A stretch of 64,000 bases of DNA from Cyanophora paradoxa CCMP329 (Eukaryota; Plantae; Glaucophyta): the NCBI GenBank assembly GCA_004431415.1, contig QPMI01000535.1, forward strand, positions 124,001-188,000, given 5' to 3'. The translations under genes were made by a program, and so were the position numbers. Numbering within the stretch: the first letter of the stretch is position 1; each line of letters opens with the position of its first letter. A model generated the notes under the pieces. It made no database searches. It had not been told where the DNA came from and saw nothing but the letters and a program-made list of their open reading frames with translations. Below, in pieces: positions 25,501 through 38,100 of the stretch.

Positions 25501-28500
25501 CGGGCCAAGCAACCTCGAAACCCCGGAAAAAACTCCGCCGCCGCCAGCCAGCCCGACTGGAAGAGCTGCCCCCGCTGCCCCGGCCGCCGCCACCGCCCCC
25601 GAAGCCACCGCCGACGCCACTACCGACGCCCCTCCCAAGCCGCGCAAACCTCGAAAGCCCCGCAGCATACTCCAATACCTCCCAGACATGTGCGCAACCT
25701 GCGGCTGCCGTCGCATCCACCATGACGCGATCACCCCACAGGCCTGGCCCGTCTCCCACATCTGCTCTGCCCCTCCAGACACGCCCGCCAGCTTCTCAGC
25801 TCATCACTGCGCCTGTCAGCCACATATCATTTCCTTCATGTCGACCCCTCGGGGCACAACATCCTGAAATACAAAGGCTAGCAAGGAGGTCCGGGGGGGG
25901 GGGGAGGGAGGGGCGGGGGGGGAGGAGGTGGGGGTGGGGGGGGGGGGTGGCGCAGGTCTCGGAGCGCGGCGCCTCGTCCCACTGGTCGGAGCTGGACTTC
26001 GAACGGCGGCGACGACGACGGGCGCGACGACACCGTGGACTCTCCCCCCTACCGCATCTCCGCCACTATTAGATAGGACACAGCGTACCACGGCCAAGTT
26101 CTACGAGACATCAAGCGGGCATCTAGGACCGTGCAGCTCATCATGCCGCGCTCACTGCTAGAGGACCGGCGCATATTATGTTCTGGAGGCGACTCGGTAG
26201 ACTACAGCTAAAGCACCAGCTCGACACGACTAGTAGCTGTAGCACTCTTGTCACCTATCTCCTCCTGCAGTCAGCATCCCAGTATCCAGTAGGCGAGGAG
26301 CGGGGGACTGTTGTCAAGTGTGTACGAATGCAACAGGTTGTTCAAAAAAAACGTGGAGTCAGCCGTGCTCGGAAGCCCACAGGCAATAGACGATCCACAC
26401 ACGATGTTCGACTGGCAGCTTCCAGATTTGTCGTCACAGACAGACCGAAACGAGCATTTGAGGCTCTCGTAGGCATCGGTGCTGGACCATCGCGCCAGGC
26501 AGCAACAGCTTTTAGATAGACTGCAGCCTGCGCACTCCGAACTATCGACAATACTCTCAAGCGGACATGCTTGTCGCTCCGTGCATACGGGCCACAAGAG
26601 CGTGCTGTTATAGTTAGCGCAGCAAACTATCCTGACAGCAGCAAGGGCTTCCGCCTCGGCCGCCGAAATCGCACGCTGGTCGACGTATCCCTTCAGAGCT
26701 GTCGTCGTCGAAGAAGGAGCGAGACCAGCGCATGCCCCGACTCCGAATGCCGTCCCGACGCAGCCAGCGTACGGATAAAAAGCGGAGCCATTCGTATACT
26801 GATCGAAGGCTGTCGTTCCGTTGGGCACGGTGGCGGAAGAGTTGGCGAGCTGGCTGGCCATGGCCACTGCAGAGCCGGCGAACTGGTCGGCGTAACGCAG
26901 TGCGGCCAACTCGGGCGTCTCATCGCCTGTGTACAACAAGCTGCGTATTGGCATTAAGATCGAATTGAAAGCATTAAAACCAACCGCGTTTACACGCTTT
27001 AACGCTGGCTACGTATTCTCTTACCGAATGATCTCTGGCTTGGCGTAGTCCGGCCTAACAAATGTAGATGTCGAGCCCAGGCGAAGGAACGCGACGACGT
27101 CCAGAACATTAGGATCAGGCCGCCGCTCATCCGAATCCGAATTTGAAGCGGGGCCGACATCGGCGCATCCGTTTGGGTCGCGAAGGCAAAGGGGCCTGAC
27201 GAGGGTCGAGTGGAAGACAGCCATGCCGCGCCCGGCGAACGCAAAGTACTGCACGTCATACGTGTCGACGTAGCCTCCTATATCAGAGATCAGTTGAGCG
27301 AAGTCTCGAAAAAGAAAGTTCAAAGCACCGGGAGGAACTTGGCCGCTGGGGTACTGCACGACGTTCTCTTGCTCAACGGCACATCCAATGTTGTCGAGCT
27401 TAAGATGGTAGAGAACCTGTCAATAGTTCATATCACAAATTCAAAGAGCACTTCACTTAATTATAATGCATAATTACCTTGCGCTGATAGGTTTCCCATG
27501 CGGTGAAGTTAGCACCGCGCGGCGGCGGGTCAAGTGGGGACACGGAGAAGATTGTCGACGAATCGATGAGGCGTAGCAGATCGGCATGCAAAATGCAGGG
27601 GTACCAACCGTAGCTGGTCTGAATAAAAACATTAAAGAAAAAGTCATAGTCAGTCTCACAAAGAGATAACCAAAACGGCCATTCTCGCATGTACAAAGGA
27701 AAAGTCAAAAGGACAATGCTTACCTTGGATGGGGAGGTGTAGAAGTGCGCGAAATAAAGATTGGCAAAGAGGGCCGCGGCTCCAATGTTTCGGACCTGTT
27801 CACAATCGATCATCATCGTACCAAGAACAAAAACGAAACGAAGCGGATTGTACCTGGCCAGTGAATGCGGCCGCCCGCTGGATCACGCGCTGCGCGTGTC
27901 GGCCTGCTAGCCCCCTACGATAAATCAACGATTCACCGACGTCTAAGTCGTTCTCCAGGCCATGCGCATTCGGGTCGACGAGAAGATCGAGATAGTCCAT
28001 CGCGGTACCCATCATTTCGGTCCGCATGCTGCCGGTGCAGAACGATCGCGAGCTATTAATATTGCGTGCCCCAACGCAGGTTAGATTTCCGAAGTTTATG
28101 GCGAGAAACTCCAGAGCAGCGATTTCCTCGGAAGAAAGTGACTGTCCCGTCCAAGGCCACACGTTGGGATCGAAGCCTGATGCAAGACGCTTCATTCGTT
28201 GACCGACGGGATCCTCCTTTAGCTTCTGCTCCTTCCGGTCTCGCTCTTCCTTGGTCATCTTCTCGTCGAGGTTCCGCTGCCGCAGGCCCTCCATTCCGCT
28301 CCTGAATTTCAGCTCCTCAATCACCTGCGGATGCGTTAGCGAGCAATAAGGAAGCGAATTCGAAGAAAGTTTATCCGAGACGCCGAAGTCGACGGACCTC
28401 GGCCTGTATGTCAGGAAACCTTGTAAGGAAGGCAGCGGTCTCGGGGCCGATGGGGTCCGTGAATGCCACAAGGCGCGTTGCCCCTGCGGATCCACTGCGG

Positions 28501-29428
28501 TCAGCTTTGACGCTGCAGTAGAGAAACGATTATCGAATTCGGTCGAGCTGGCGCGCTCTGAAAAAGAAGGGAGTGTGACTTTAAACCTACCAATACCGGC
28601 GACGATGCGGACGTCGGGGGGAGTTGGCAGGCCCAGCTCTTCCATCCTGCGGCGCGCAATCAGAGCTGAATTGCACCAGCCGCGGAGGCCTGTAGCTATA
28701 GCTTGGGCGCGATGCGGGCTCGCCAGTGGAAGCTGATGGCCCGCAGCTCCACCAGGTCGATCTCGCTGCGACGTGCGTTAGGCGAGTAAAGCTGCGTATA
28801 TGCACAGCCCTCGACGCTGGCTTAACTAATATTGTTAACGAATTCTACAGTCAAGGGCGCAGGCGCAGGCGACTAGTACTCGGCGAGGGATCTGCTCCAG
28901 AGTGACGACCATTTGCAAATAGGCCTTCGGGGACCTACGACGGGCGCGGCACGGGAAGAAACGGGCCGAGGCTGCGGGCGGACCTGACGAAGTACTTGCC
29001 GGTGGCCTCGCGGCCGATGAACATGGCGCGGGTGCCGCCCATGCCCTCCACGTCGGCGTAATCCGGCATCAGCGCCCCCATCACCAGCTCCGTCGCCGGC
29101 GCCGTCTCCAGCCGCAGCGTCCGCCGCCCCGCCCCCGCGGATGCCCCCGAAGTCGACCCGGCGCCGAGCCCAGCGCCGAGCTGCTGCGCGTCGCCTGCGC
29201 ATGCGGTACAAGCTTAAGTATTGATATAAGCAGCGTCTTAAGCTTCTAGATCTCGCGAACAGCCCTATCATGATCATGATCACGATCAAAGACCATGAAG
29301 GCACAAGCCTACGCGTAATCTATGCATGCTCTGATCGCACCTGCGTTGAGGATGCACGCCACGAACAGCATGCCGACAAAACTCCAAAGGACGCATATGC
29401 ATGTGCGCGTATACGTATAAGTACGCAT
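7498..29428 (-). CDS. Giant multi-exon Cys-rich cell-surface protein: signal peptide, CC-rich region, GCC2/GCC3 (ephrin-receptor-like) repeats, about 3 TM segments near the C-terminus; interrupted by a LINE and possibly non-functional
   Basis: Signal-like first exon MRTYTYTRTCICVLWSFVGMLFVACILNA|G splices in phase 1 into GDAQQLGAG..RRTLRLETAP. CC-rich exons at 20122-21710 and 26370-26950. Dozens of CxxCPxGxY/F repeats at ~10900-18700. TM-like segments RILGIAVGGVVA (~10130-10160), LGAFLTVLVAVLMVLAVSFTV (~9615-9680) and LEFIAGIWALAFAA (~8620-8660). Last exon ends QQA* at 7498. Start codon and the joining of the distal exons are inferred. Confidence 0.65.
12150..16465. repeat. Tandem array of 4 x ~1.08 kb near-identical exon+intron units encoding GCC2/GCC3-type Cys repeats
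   Basis: The marker gcgcacggctcgcagcggtcgccgg recurs at 12152, 13231, 14307 and 15384 (periods 1079, 1076, 1077). Introns are copied along with exons. Confidence 0.95.
21729..25110 (+). pseudogene. Truncated, frameshifted LINE ORF: Ulp1/C48 cysteine peptidase domain, RNase H-like tail motif, CCHC (zf-RVT-like) finger, extra C2HC finger; no RT or endonuclease in the retained part
   Basis: Ulp1 signature DRVVDAFFDVL..VFFP..HWVLLLI (H 22805)..IRIYDG (D 22856)..PIQ (Q 22994)..SSCGILLL (C 23012). Frame change near 23440-23479. YNDQADRLAK at 23701-23730. CCHC at 24172-24222. CDTC..RHLATGLC near 24920-24990. Confidence 0.8.
21729..26351 (+). mobile_element. 5'-truncated non-LTR retrotransposon (LINE), 4623 bp, inserted antisense in an exon
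   Basis: Perfect 17-bp TSD cgtggagtcagccgtgc at 21712-21728 and 26352-26368; A8 tail at 26344-26351; begins mid-ORF. Removing the insert and one TSD restores the host frame (..CGLPSTADST|LSSSSTSICGAILP..). Contains the LINE ORF2 C-terminal finger CPRCRLAEEDFDHIWVC and an IWKTRC motif. Confidence 0.95.
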
Positions 29429-30101
29429 ACGTGCGCGTATGCACACATATGCATGCATATGTACAGTTTTCGCTGCAGTCGGACGCGGCTGCAGTCGCGG
29501 GCGCCGCGGCCGGCCGCGGTCTGTACTATGCATGATCATGATATCCTGTAGCTACGTGTACACATGTACACACTGTGAGAGGTGCGGTGCGCTCGTGCTC
29601 GCTATGCCTCGCGAAGATGATCTATCGGCGCCTCGACCCGCGATCGGCGAGCTCGTCGATCGATATCGCGAGTCTAGCTAGATCAGCGGCTACTAGGCTA
29701 GCATACCGCCGCGGAGCTACTGCTAGTAGTAACTTTAGCTGGCCTCACCGTGCAGATCCGTGCCGTCCGTGCTGCCTGGACGTCGACCGTGCGCATGCTG
29801 CACTAGTACTGCAGTCTGCACTGACTCTACAGTGACTCTGCAGAGTCTGCAGTGATTCATGCGCACTGGCAGCTCAGCATGCCAGGCTGCAGCTACAGCC
29901 TGCGCGCAGGCTGCACTGCGGCAGCCTGCAGGCTGCAGCCTGCATGCGCAGTGCGCACTGCGCAGTGCCGCAGTGCGGGCCTGTGCGGCTGCTCCCGCTC
30001 AGGGGTACGCGTGCGGATCCCTGAATCATCAGAATCTGCATGCGATCTGGAAAAAAGATCGGCTGAATCCAAAAATCCACTGAATCGCCCACGCGTACGT
30101 A

Positions 30102-30331
30102 CTGTAAACGTAGAAATTTTCGTCGAGACTTAATTTCGACAAAACCCGAAAATCGTGACGAAAATATGGTTCGACAGCATCAAATTTTCGTCAGCCCCGC
30201 GACTCCGCCATAGACGGGCCAGCCGTTCGTACCCCTCTCCATACAAAATTTCCGTTCGTCACAGTGCAGGTCTGACGAATATAGACGAAACTTGGAAATA
30301 AAGACGCTGTCGAAGATTCCTACGTTTACAA
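30102..30331. mobile_element. 230-bp MITE with ~23-bp imperfect TIRs and TA flanks (Tc1/mariner-type)
   Basis: Left ta|ctgtaaacgtagaaattttcgtc; reverse complement of the right end ta|ttgtaaacgtaggaatcttcgac. TA at 30100-30101 and 30332-30333. Confidence 0.75.
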
Positions 30332-30483
30332 TATATGTGCACGGCCGCGGTGCACCGCCGCATGCGCGCGCAGCACCGAATTCGAATTTGTGACCGAAAC
30401 CGTCCGACGGTCGTACGGAGACTACGGAGTTACCAGTAACTTTCTACGGATCCCGGAGTAGTACGGAGTAAAGTACTACGGAC

Positions 30484-31773
30484 TAGGCCTGGGTCCAGTG
30501 AAACCAGTGGAGGGTCGAGGGTCCCACTGCACTGACTCAGTGGAGATTTTGGCCCACTCGCACAAAGAAAAATGTATGAGGCCAGTGAGCCGGACCTCAG
30601 CCAGCGCTGCGTGGGGGGGTATCCGGCGCCAAAAAATTAGGACCCATCCGCCACCTAGTTATTTAGGTGGAACGTCGTGGGGGTACTTAACGTCGGAGTG
30701 CCGCAGGCCGCGGCGCGAAGGGCGTGCAACGTCGAGAAGCAATGCCATTATGACAATGGCCTGCGTTGCAAATGATCTCTAAACATATCGGCCTTGGGGA
30801 AAGGAGAGGCCCTTAGGTCTGTGCCTGTCCTGTCCGTGGATTCAAACTGCGATTCAGGGCAAAATTTTTGGACCTAGGTACCCGTTTTCGACCCTGGGGA
30901 GCACGATGGCCGAGGCGGTTTTCCTATGAGAGGCCTCTAATGGGCAGTAACAGCACCTCGAAAAGCATCGAAAAGCATTTTCCCGGAAAAAAACTGAAAG
31001 CGCAAATCACATTGGTCCTCCAAGTCGAATTTTAAGAATTCTTAATTTGAAAAGGCCGCACCCCATTCGCTACGAAATAGTCTCCAAATTAACGGAGCGC
31101 CACGTTGCCGGCCAGCAAATTTGTATGAGACGGGGTCGTAGTGTGCCCCGATGTGGGATTTAAAAGGATTTGATGCGTTGATTGAAAGATAATTAAAATA
31201 GACAATTTAGACAGAGCCTTATTACTACGAATTACATTCAAATGATTCATTGCTTATTATTAACCACCTCCAAAAAGCGCCGAAATTAAAGTCGTTTTCA
31301 TTCAGCTGAAACGACCAATGGGCCCCTCGGGGCCTGTACTGGGTACAACTGCGGCCGATTGGGCCCCGCATCGATATCTCTGTACCCTTGCAGCACAATT
31401 CTGTACCCTCTCACTTAAGTGTGTACCCTTGCCGAGTGGACCACCTATTTCTCCTCCCCCCTCCCCCGTAACCGCGCGCGGTTGCGGGCCCCCGTTTAAA
31501 AACAAAGAGCTGCCACCCTCACGCCTTGAAGCCCCAAGACCCAAGGCCACTCCTGCTCCGCAGGGACTCGCTTGTCGAAAGCCCGTGGAATTACGGTGGA
31601 AACAGTTTAGGCACGTAGTGCCTTGAAGCTCAGCGAGATTTAGGTCGTTTTTGGTCGTTTTTCGTACATGTAAAAGAGCACGTACCCCCCACTCACTGGT
31701 AGTCACTGAGTGAGTTTGACGCAAAATGTCCACTGACTGAGTGGACCCGGGGGCTCCACTGAACCCAGCCCTA
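30484..31773. mobile_element. Non-autonomous hAT-superfamily DNA transposon, 1290 bp
   Basis: TIRs taggcctgggtccagtg / tagggctgggttcagtg (15/17 match). Exact 8-bp TSD ctacggac at 30476-30483 and 31774-31781. Subterminal cagtg/cactg repeats, AT-richer interior, no transposase ORF. Confidence 0.9.
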
Positions 31774-32131
31774 CTACGGACTCGTACTGAGTCGTACCGT
31801 ACCGTATCGCGTACTACGACGCGTAGTACCGACCGTATCGCCGTCCGCGCCGACGGTCGATTCGCCACGCAGAATGCCACGCACGCGCAGATCCGATCCG
31901 GATTCCGGATCTGGATCCGGATTCTGGACATGTACAATCGCGATCTCGGACGATGAGTCACGCGTCGCGATCTCGCGGCCCCCGGGGGCTACAGTGCCGC
32001 TACACTGTGACAGGCCTAGGCCTACTGGTACCGGGGTAGGCTACAGCCTACTAGGCTAGAGCAGCCTAGCACTGGCTAGCAGGCCTACAGGCTACAGCAG
32101 GCCTTCAAAAAAACACATTTCTCGCGTTCAT

Positions 32132-35100
32132 CTACCAGCTGCAGGCCGCGCGATCGCGCGCGCCCCCCGGCCGCGGGGCGCCGGCGGGGCCGGGGGCGCC
32201 GGCGAGGGCGTCGAGGGCGGCGCGGGAGGCGGCGAGGGCGGCCCCGCCGCTTCCCACCGCTTCCTCGCGAAGAAGGCGGGGCAGTCGAGCGAGTCGCAGG
32301 GGACGGCCGCCGGGTCCGCCTCCCCGCTCGGGCCCCGCCGCACGCCCCGCACGCCGCCGCGAGGCGCGCCCCCTCCGCCTCGCGCTCCCGCAGCCGCGAG
32401 AGGAGGATGTACGCGGCCGCCGCCGGCTGCGCGGCGCACTCGGCGCACAGGCCTGATCCCGAGCCCGTGCTGGCGCTGGAGCCGGGGCGGGTCGCAGCCG
32501 GGCCCGGGGCCGGGGCGAGGGCGTCGCAGACGGGGCAGTGGCGGGAGAGGTAGTAGTGCTCGAGGGTGGACGAGCTCGCCGCCCCGGGCAGGCCCGGCGC
32601 CAGCAGCGAGCCGGCGGAGCCGGAGGAGGAGGAGGAGGAGGCGTGGGGGAGGATGGGGCGCGCCGCCGCCCGCGCCGGCTTCGGCATCGCGTGGTACCTG
32701 TACCCCGGGGGGCCGGCCCCGGCTCAGATCCCGGGGGGTACACGGGACGGAGAGCAGGGGGGTACCAGGCCTCGAGGTCGGCGCCGACGAGCTGGAAGAC
32801 GCGCTGGAGGGGGGGAATGATCTGTCGGCCCGTCAGCACCCAGCCCGCCCCGGACCCACCCCGGGCACGCCCGCCCCGGACCCGCCCGCCCCACGGGGGC
32901 GCACGGCCTTGGTGATGTAGTAGGCGGCGTTGATGCGGGCGCCGCCCCCGGCCCCGCCCCCGGCCAGGGACGACCTGCAAGCAGGTTCCGATAAGAGGGG
33001 CGAGGGGGGCGCCGGGGCGGGGGCAAACGGGCCCGCCGGAGCCGAGTTGGGCGCGCAGGAACTCGTGCGGCGACATCACCTGCCGGCGCCCGCGCGTCAA
33101 GCGAGCTCAGGCTTCTGGAGCGAAGGCTCGGGGCGGGGCGGGGCGCGCGTGGTCGACGAGGCGGAAGTGGGCGGCGGGGCCGGCGACCACCACGTACGGC
33201 ACCCGCTCCCCGTACCTGCCAGAGATGTCAAATCCGATCCAGGGGCCCGGCTGGAGCCGACGGGGCGGAGCGGAGCGGGGCGGGGGGGCGGGGGGCACCG
33301 GGGCTCGGCGCGGGGGTCCCCCTTGACGGAGCGGACGGTGACGGCGGCCGCCGGCGGCAGCTGGCCCCGCCCGCTGCTGCGCGTCAGAGAGAGTGGAGAG
33401 AGAGAGAGGGGGAGAGAGGGAGACAGAGAGACAGAGAGAGAGGGAGAGGAAGAGAAGGGGGGCACCTGTAGGTGCCGAGGCGGACCTCGCGCGCGAAGAT
33501 CAGATCCTGCGCCGCGATCAGCTCAAATAAGGGGCGGGGCGGGGCGGGACGGGGCGGGCGGGGCGGGGGCGGGCCTGGAGGGAGACGCGGCCCGTCATGA
33601 TCTTCGTCCACTGCTTGCACAGGTACCGCTGCCCGCCCCGCCCCGTCAGCAGGCCAGACCCTGTAGAATCCCAAGGGAGGGAGGGAGGGGAGGGGAGGAG
33701 GGGGCGGCTGCCTAGGGGAGCGCGCCAGGAGCCTAGACTCTAGACTCCCAAGGGAGGGAGGGAGGGACGGGGGGAGGGAGGGGCGGCGCGCCTTGACGCG
33801 GGAGAGGTCGGGGTCGGAGAAGAGCAGCCGGATCGCCTTCTCCATGATCCGCTGCGAGGCGGGTCGGGCCGGGACGGGTCGGGACGAGACGGCGGGCGAG
33901 GAGAACGAAAAGAAAGAAAGGGGTGCGCGTGCGCGCGCGCGCACCTGCGTCGCACCGCACTGGTCCCGCCGGATCGCCTCGATGCCCTGCGAGCGGAGGT
34001 GAGTGGGGGCGATGATGAGGATGAGGAGGAGACGGAGTGCCTTGGCGTCGAAGACGGGTACGGCCTGGCCGGGGGCCTCGAAGGCGTGCCCCACGTAGCG
34101 CTTCTTCGTGATCAGCACGCACGGGTGGAACACCTTCTCCATCTGCGAGAGCGAAAGAAGAGCGAGGTCAGAGTTGGGCGACCCGGAGGGAGAGTTCGCG
34201 CCTTGGGGCTCGGGTCCGGGCGCCCGGGATCCAAATCTAGGGAATAGCCCAGTTGGATCTAAGAGGGCCGCCTCCGGATCCGAGGCCGTCCCGACGCAGA
34301 GGAGGGGGTGGGGGGAAGGGGGGGGGGGGGGTGATGGGTGGGGGAAGGGGGGGGGGTGGTGGTGGGCGAGGCGGCTCCACATTTAGACCCCGGGCGGCAT
34401 CCCCCGGGCCCTTGGGCTCGAAAGTGGGGCGGGCCTGGAGCTTGACGGGGCGGGGGTTCGCGGCGGTGACGGCGGCGGCGATCTCGGCCCCCACCCGGAA
34501 GGCCTCCTCCCGGCTCGCCCCCGGCACCAGCACGAACATGCTGCGGCGGCCCCGACGCTCAGACGGGCGGGCGCGGGCGCTGAGCGGAGATCTAGAGCCG
34601 CGGCGGGCGGGCGCGCCTGTCGGTGTCGCCGTAGACAACGCGGGCGTTCCAGCGGCCGGACTCCACCAGCGCGATCGCTCGCGTCAGCGTGTCCCGCCCC
34701 GCCTGCGCGGCCACGACATCGATGCGTGAGACCAGGGTCTGGACCTTGAATCCGACGATCTCATCGATCTAGCAGCGAGTTTATCCCGCCTGCAGATCGG
34801 GTCTAAGACGGGCGGCGCGGCAGGCCTCGACGATGGCGTCGGCGATCTCGGCGCAGGGCATGCGCCCCGAGAAGCCCGCCGCCGTGTACCTGGCCAGAAC
34901 GAGGCTTCAGACGGACGGGGCGGGGTGGAGGGTAGAGGAGGAGCGCGGGGCCGCCCGTACCCGTAGGTGACGTTGGCGATCATCTTCAGCCCGAACTGCC
35001 TGCTCGAGCGCCCCCGACTCTCAGCAGGGGTGAGGAGGGAGAGGGAAGGGAGAGGGGCGGGGCGGGGCGGGGCGGGCCGGGCGTTGAGCATGCGGTGGAG

Positions 35101-38100
35101 GACGGGGTCCCCCCTCGCCTCCTTCATCGCCCGCTTCACCTGAGGGGGAGGGGCTCAGGAGGAGGGAGGGAGGGAGGGGGGGGAGGGGGCGGGCGGGCCA
35201 TGACGCGGGTGTCGAGGATCTCGCGGAGCATGCGCGGCAGCACCCCGGCCCGCACTGCCCGGAGGCCGGTCAGAGGAGATGGCGCGGGGTGGGCGCGGAG
35301 GGAGGGCGCGGGGCCACCCTCGGGCTTGACGAAGAGGGTGCCGTTGGGCGAGGCGTAGATCGCCTCCTCCAGCTCCCCCAGCGCCCCTAAGGAAGATAAG
35401 CAGGCGGGGAGAAGGCGGAGGCGGAGGCGGGGGTGGAGTTGGTGGGGGCGGACCCTTCGGGGGGCAGTAGCGGGGGTCGACCCCGAGGCGCCGGGGGCGC
35501 CCCGCCGCCGGCCCGCCCAGCTGCGGTTGCGAGGGCGCGTGAGGCCCGAAGAGGAGGAAGGGCGGGGAGGGGCGGGGAGGGGCGGGGAGGGGCGGGGAGG
35601 GGCGGGGCGGGCCTTGCCGAGGCAGGTGGAGAAGCAGAGGTTGTACGCGATCACCATCGAGGGGTACAGCGACTGCCCGGGGCGTGTAAGAAGGTAGAGG
35701 GGAGGAAGGGGGGGGGGGGGGGGGAGGAGGGGGCGGGGGCGCCTGGAAGTCGAAGACGATGACGGGGGAAGTGTAGAAGCGGCTCTCCGGCTCCATCACC
35801 TGAGGGGGGAAGAAAGAGAGACTAAGACGAGAAGGGGGGCGACGCGGAGGAAGAGGGGAGAGGGGAGAGGGGACCATGGGGATGCACTCGACGGCCGGCT
35901 GCGCCTCCACCTGCCCGCCCCGCCCGGCGTCACGCGAGGCAGGCGCCTGGGAGCGCGCGGGAGAGAGAAAGGGACGCCTGGCTCGCCTGGGCCTTGCTCG
36001 GGGAGAGGAGGAGGTAGTTCTGGGGCTTGGCGAGCCGCAGCATCATCGACTCCACCCGGTACTGCCCGCCCCGGTGAGAGGTGGGAGGCGGCGGGGCCAG
36101 CCGCGGGCGAGGGGCGGCGGTGCGAGAGAGGACCCGGGGCCCGCGGGCAGCGCGACTCTCCCCTAGCTCAGCTAGCTCCCTAGCTCCCTCGGACGGCGGG
36201 ACTCTCTCCTAGCTTCCCAGCTCGCCGTGGGGACCCCTTCCCGTCGGACCTGGGAGCCGCGGGCGAGGACGGCGAAGAAGTCGATGCCGAAGGTGCGCGC
36301 CAGCTCCGACGTCCGCCGCACCTGCCCGCCGCGTCGCGCGGGGCCGGGAGGAGGGGGGCGGGGGGAGAGGGGCCAGCAACAGCCAGCCGCGTCGTGCGGC
36401 CAGCGAGTCTCGTTTCAAGCGGACATCTTCGCCGCGCCTCGCAGCCAGCCAGCAGCTCTAGCCTCGGGCGGGGCGGGGCGGGGCGGGGCGGGGCGGGGGC
36501 GGACGAGGTCGACGGCCTCGAGGATGGCGAGCGTCGCCCGCGCCCGCTGCCTGCGCGCCCGTGGCGTGAGGGCGCGAAGGAGGCCGAGGGACGGCCGCTT
36601 GAGGGACGGGGCCGGCGCACGCGTAGTAGCGGGCGACGCGCCAGCGGGGCGGGGCCGGCCTCCCCGCCGCGGGGTCCGGGGGCGCCCCCGGCGCGCCCCG
36701 CCACCACCGCGTCAGCACCGAGAAGGGGTAGTGCGGCAGCCGCGTCTGGGGGGGGCCCTCAGGCGGCGAGGAAGGGGGGGGAGGGGGCGAGAAGGGGGTG
36801 CCTTGAGGAGGTGCCAGGCGACGTTCTCGAGGGAGTACATGTTCAGCTTGAGCTCCCCCCGCATCAGCCGCCACACGTTCAGCACGTGCCTGCCGGAGAT
36901 CAGGCCAGGGAGAAGGGGAATGGATAGGGGCGGACCGGCCGGAGATGTGGACGCCCGTCGCGTGGTCGACGCCGTACGCGTCCTCGCGGCGCTCGAGGGG
37001 CGTCGTCAGCCCCGGCGACCGCGAGAGCTCCCTACCCGCAGCGAGGGGAGGGTTGTTAGGCTAAGAGGAGAGGGCCAATAGGGTCGGAGGCGCAGAGCAT
37101 GCACCGCTGGAGGTCGATGCCGAGGGCCGGGGCGCGCTCGAGGAGGTACCCCAGCGAGCCGCCCTGCACCTCGTACCCCGCCAGCACGTCCGGGTCCATC
37201 CCCCGCACCAGCTCCACGAACCCTGGGGGTACGCCGTTTAGACGACAGACTAAAAGGAAAGCGAAAGGGGTACCCCGGAAGAGGGCGGGCTCGTCGGGGA
37301 AGGAGCGGGCGTCGGAGAAGGGCTCGCCGGGGTACTCCAATTTCCAGGCGGCCCGGGCTCCCGGCCCCGTCGGTGGGGGCGGGGCGGGCGGGCGGGGCGG
37401 GGGCGGGGGCATGGGGTCCGAGGGGGCGGCGGGGGCGGGAGCAGAGGCGTCCGAAGCCGACGGGGCAGGGGCCGGCGGCTGAGCCGGCGGGGGCGGGGGC
37501 TCGGGGGGCTCCGGGGGCGGGGTGCAGGGCTCGACCAGGAGGATGCCGAGGCGGGGCCGGTACTGCCCCGGCCCGTGCCCCGCCCGGTCCTGCAGCTCCT
37601 CCTTCAGAAAGGAAACGCAAAGAAGGAGGAAAGCAAGGGAAGGGGAGGAGGATACGCGCCTGTTCGGCGTCGTCGTGGACGGCGTACACGATTGCCGCCA
37701 CCGCGTCCGCCCGGGGGTCGGGCCTGATGGGGGTACACGATCAGCGAAGGGGGAAGGGGAGGAGGGGCGGCCGGCGGCGCACCGAAGCTCGCCGCGCGTG
37801 TTGGCGTGCACCTCGATGCTGCCGGAGAGGTCACAGAAGGCGAAGAAGGGGCGAAGCGAAGGGGAAAGGAGGCTTGCCTCAGGAGGGTGAGGAACTGGCC
37901 GACGTGGTGCGGCTTCGGCGGCTCTCGCGGGGCCCCCGCCCCGCCCTCCGACGGCCCTGTACCCCCCGAGGACCCCTCCGACCGGGCCGCGCCCGAGCCG
38001 CCGGCCGAAGCGGCGGCGGCGGCGCCGCCCGCCGAGGAGCGCGCAGGCGACTCGGCGGTGGGGCGGGAGGCCGGGGCGCCGCCGCCGCCGCCCCCGCCGA

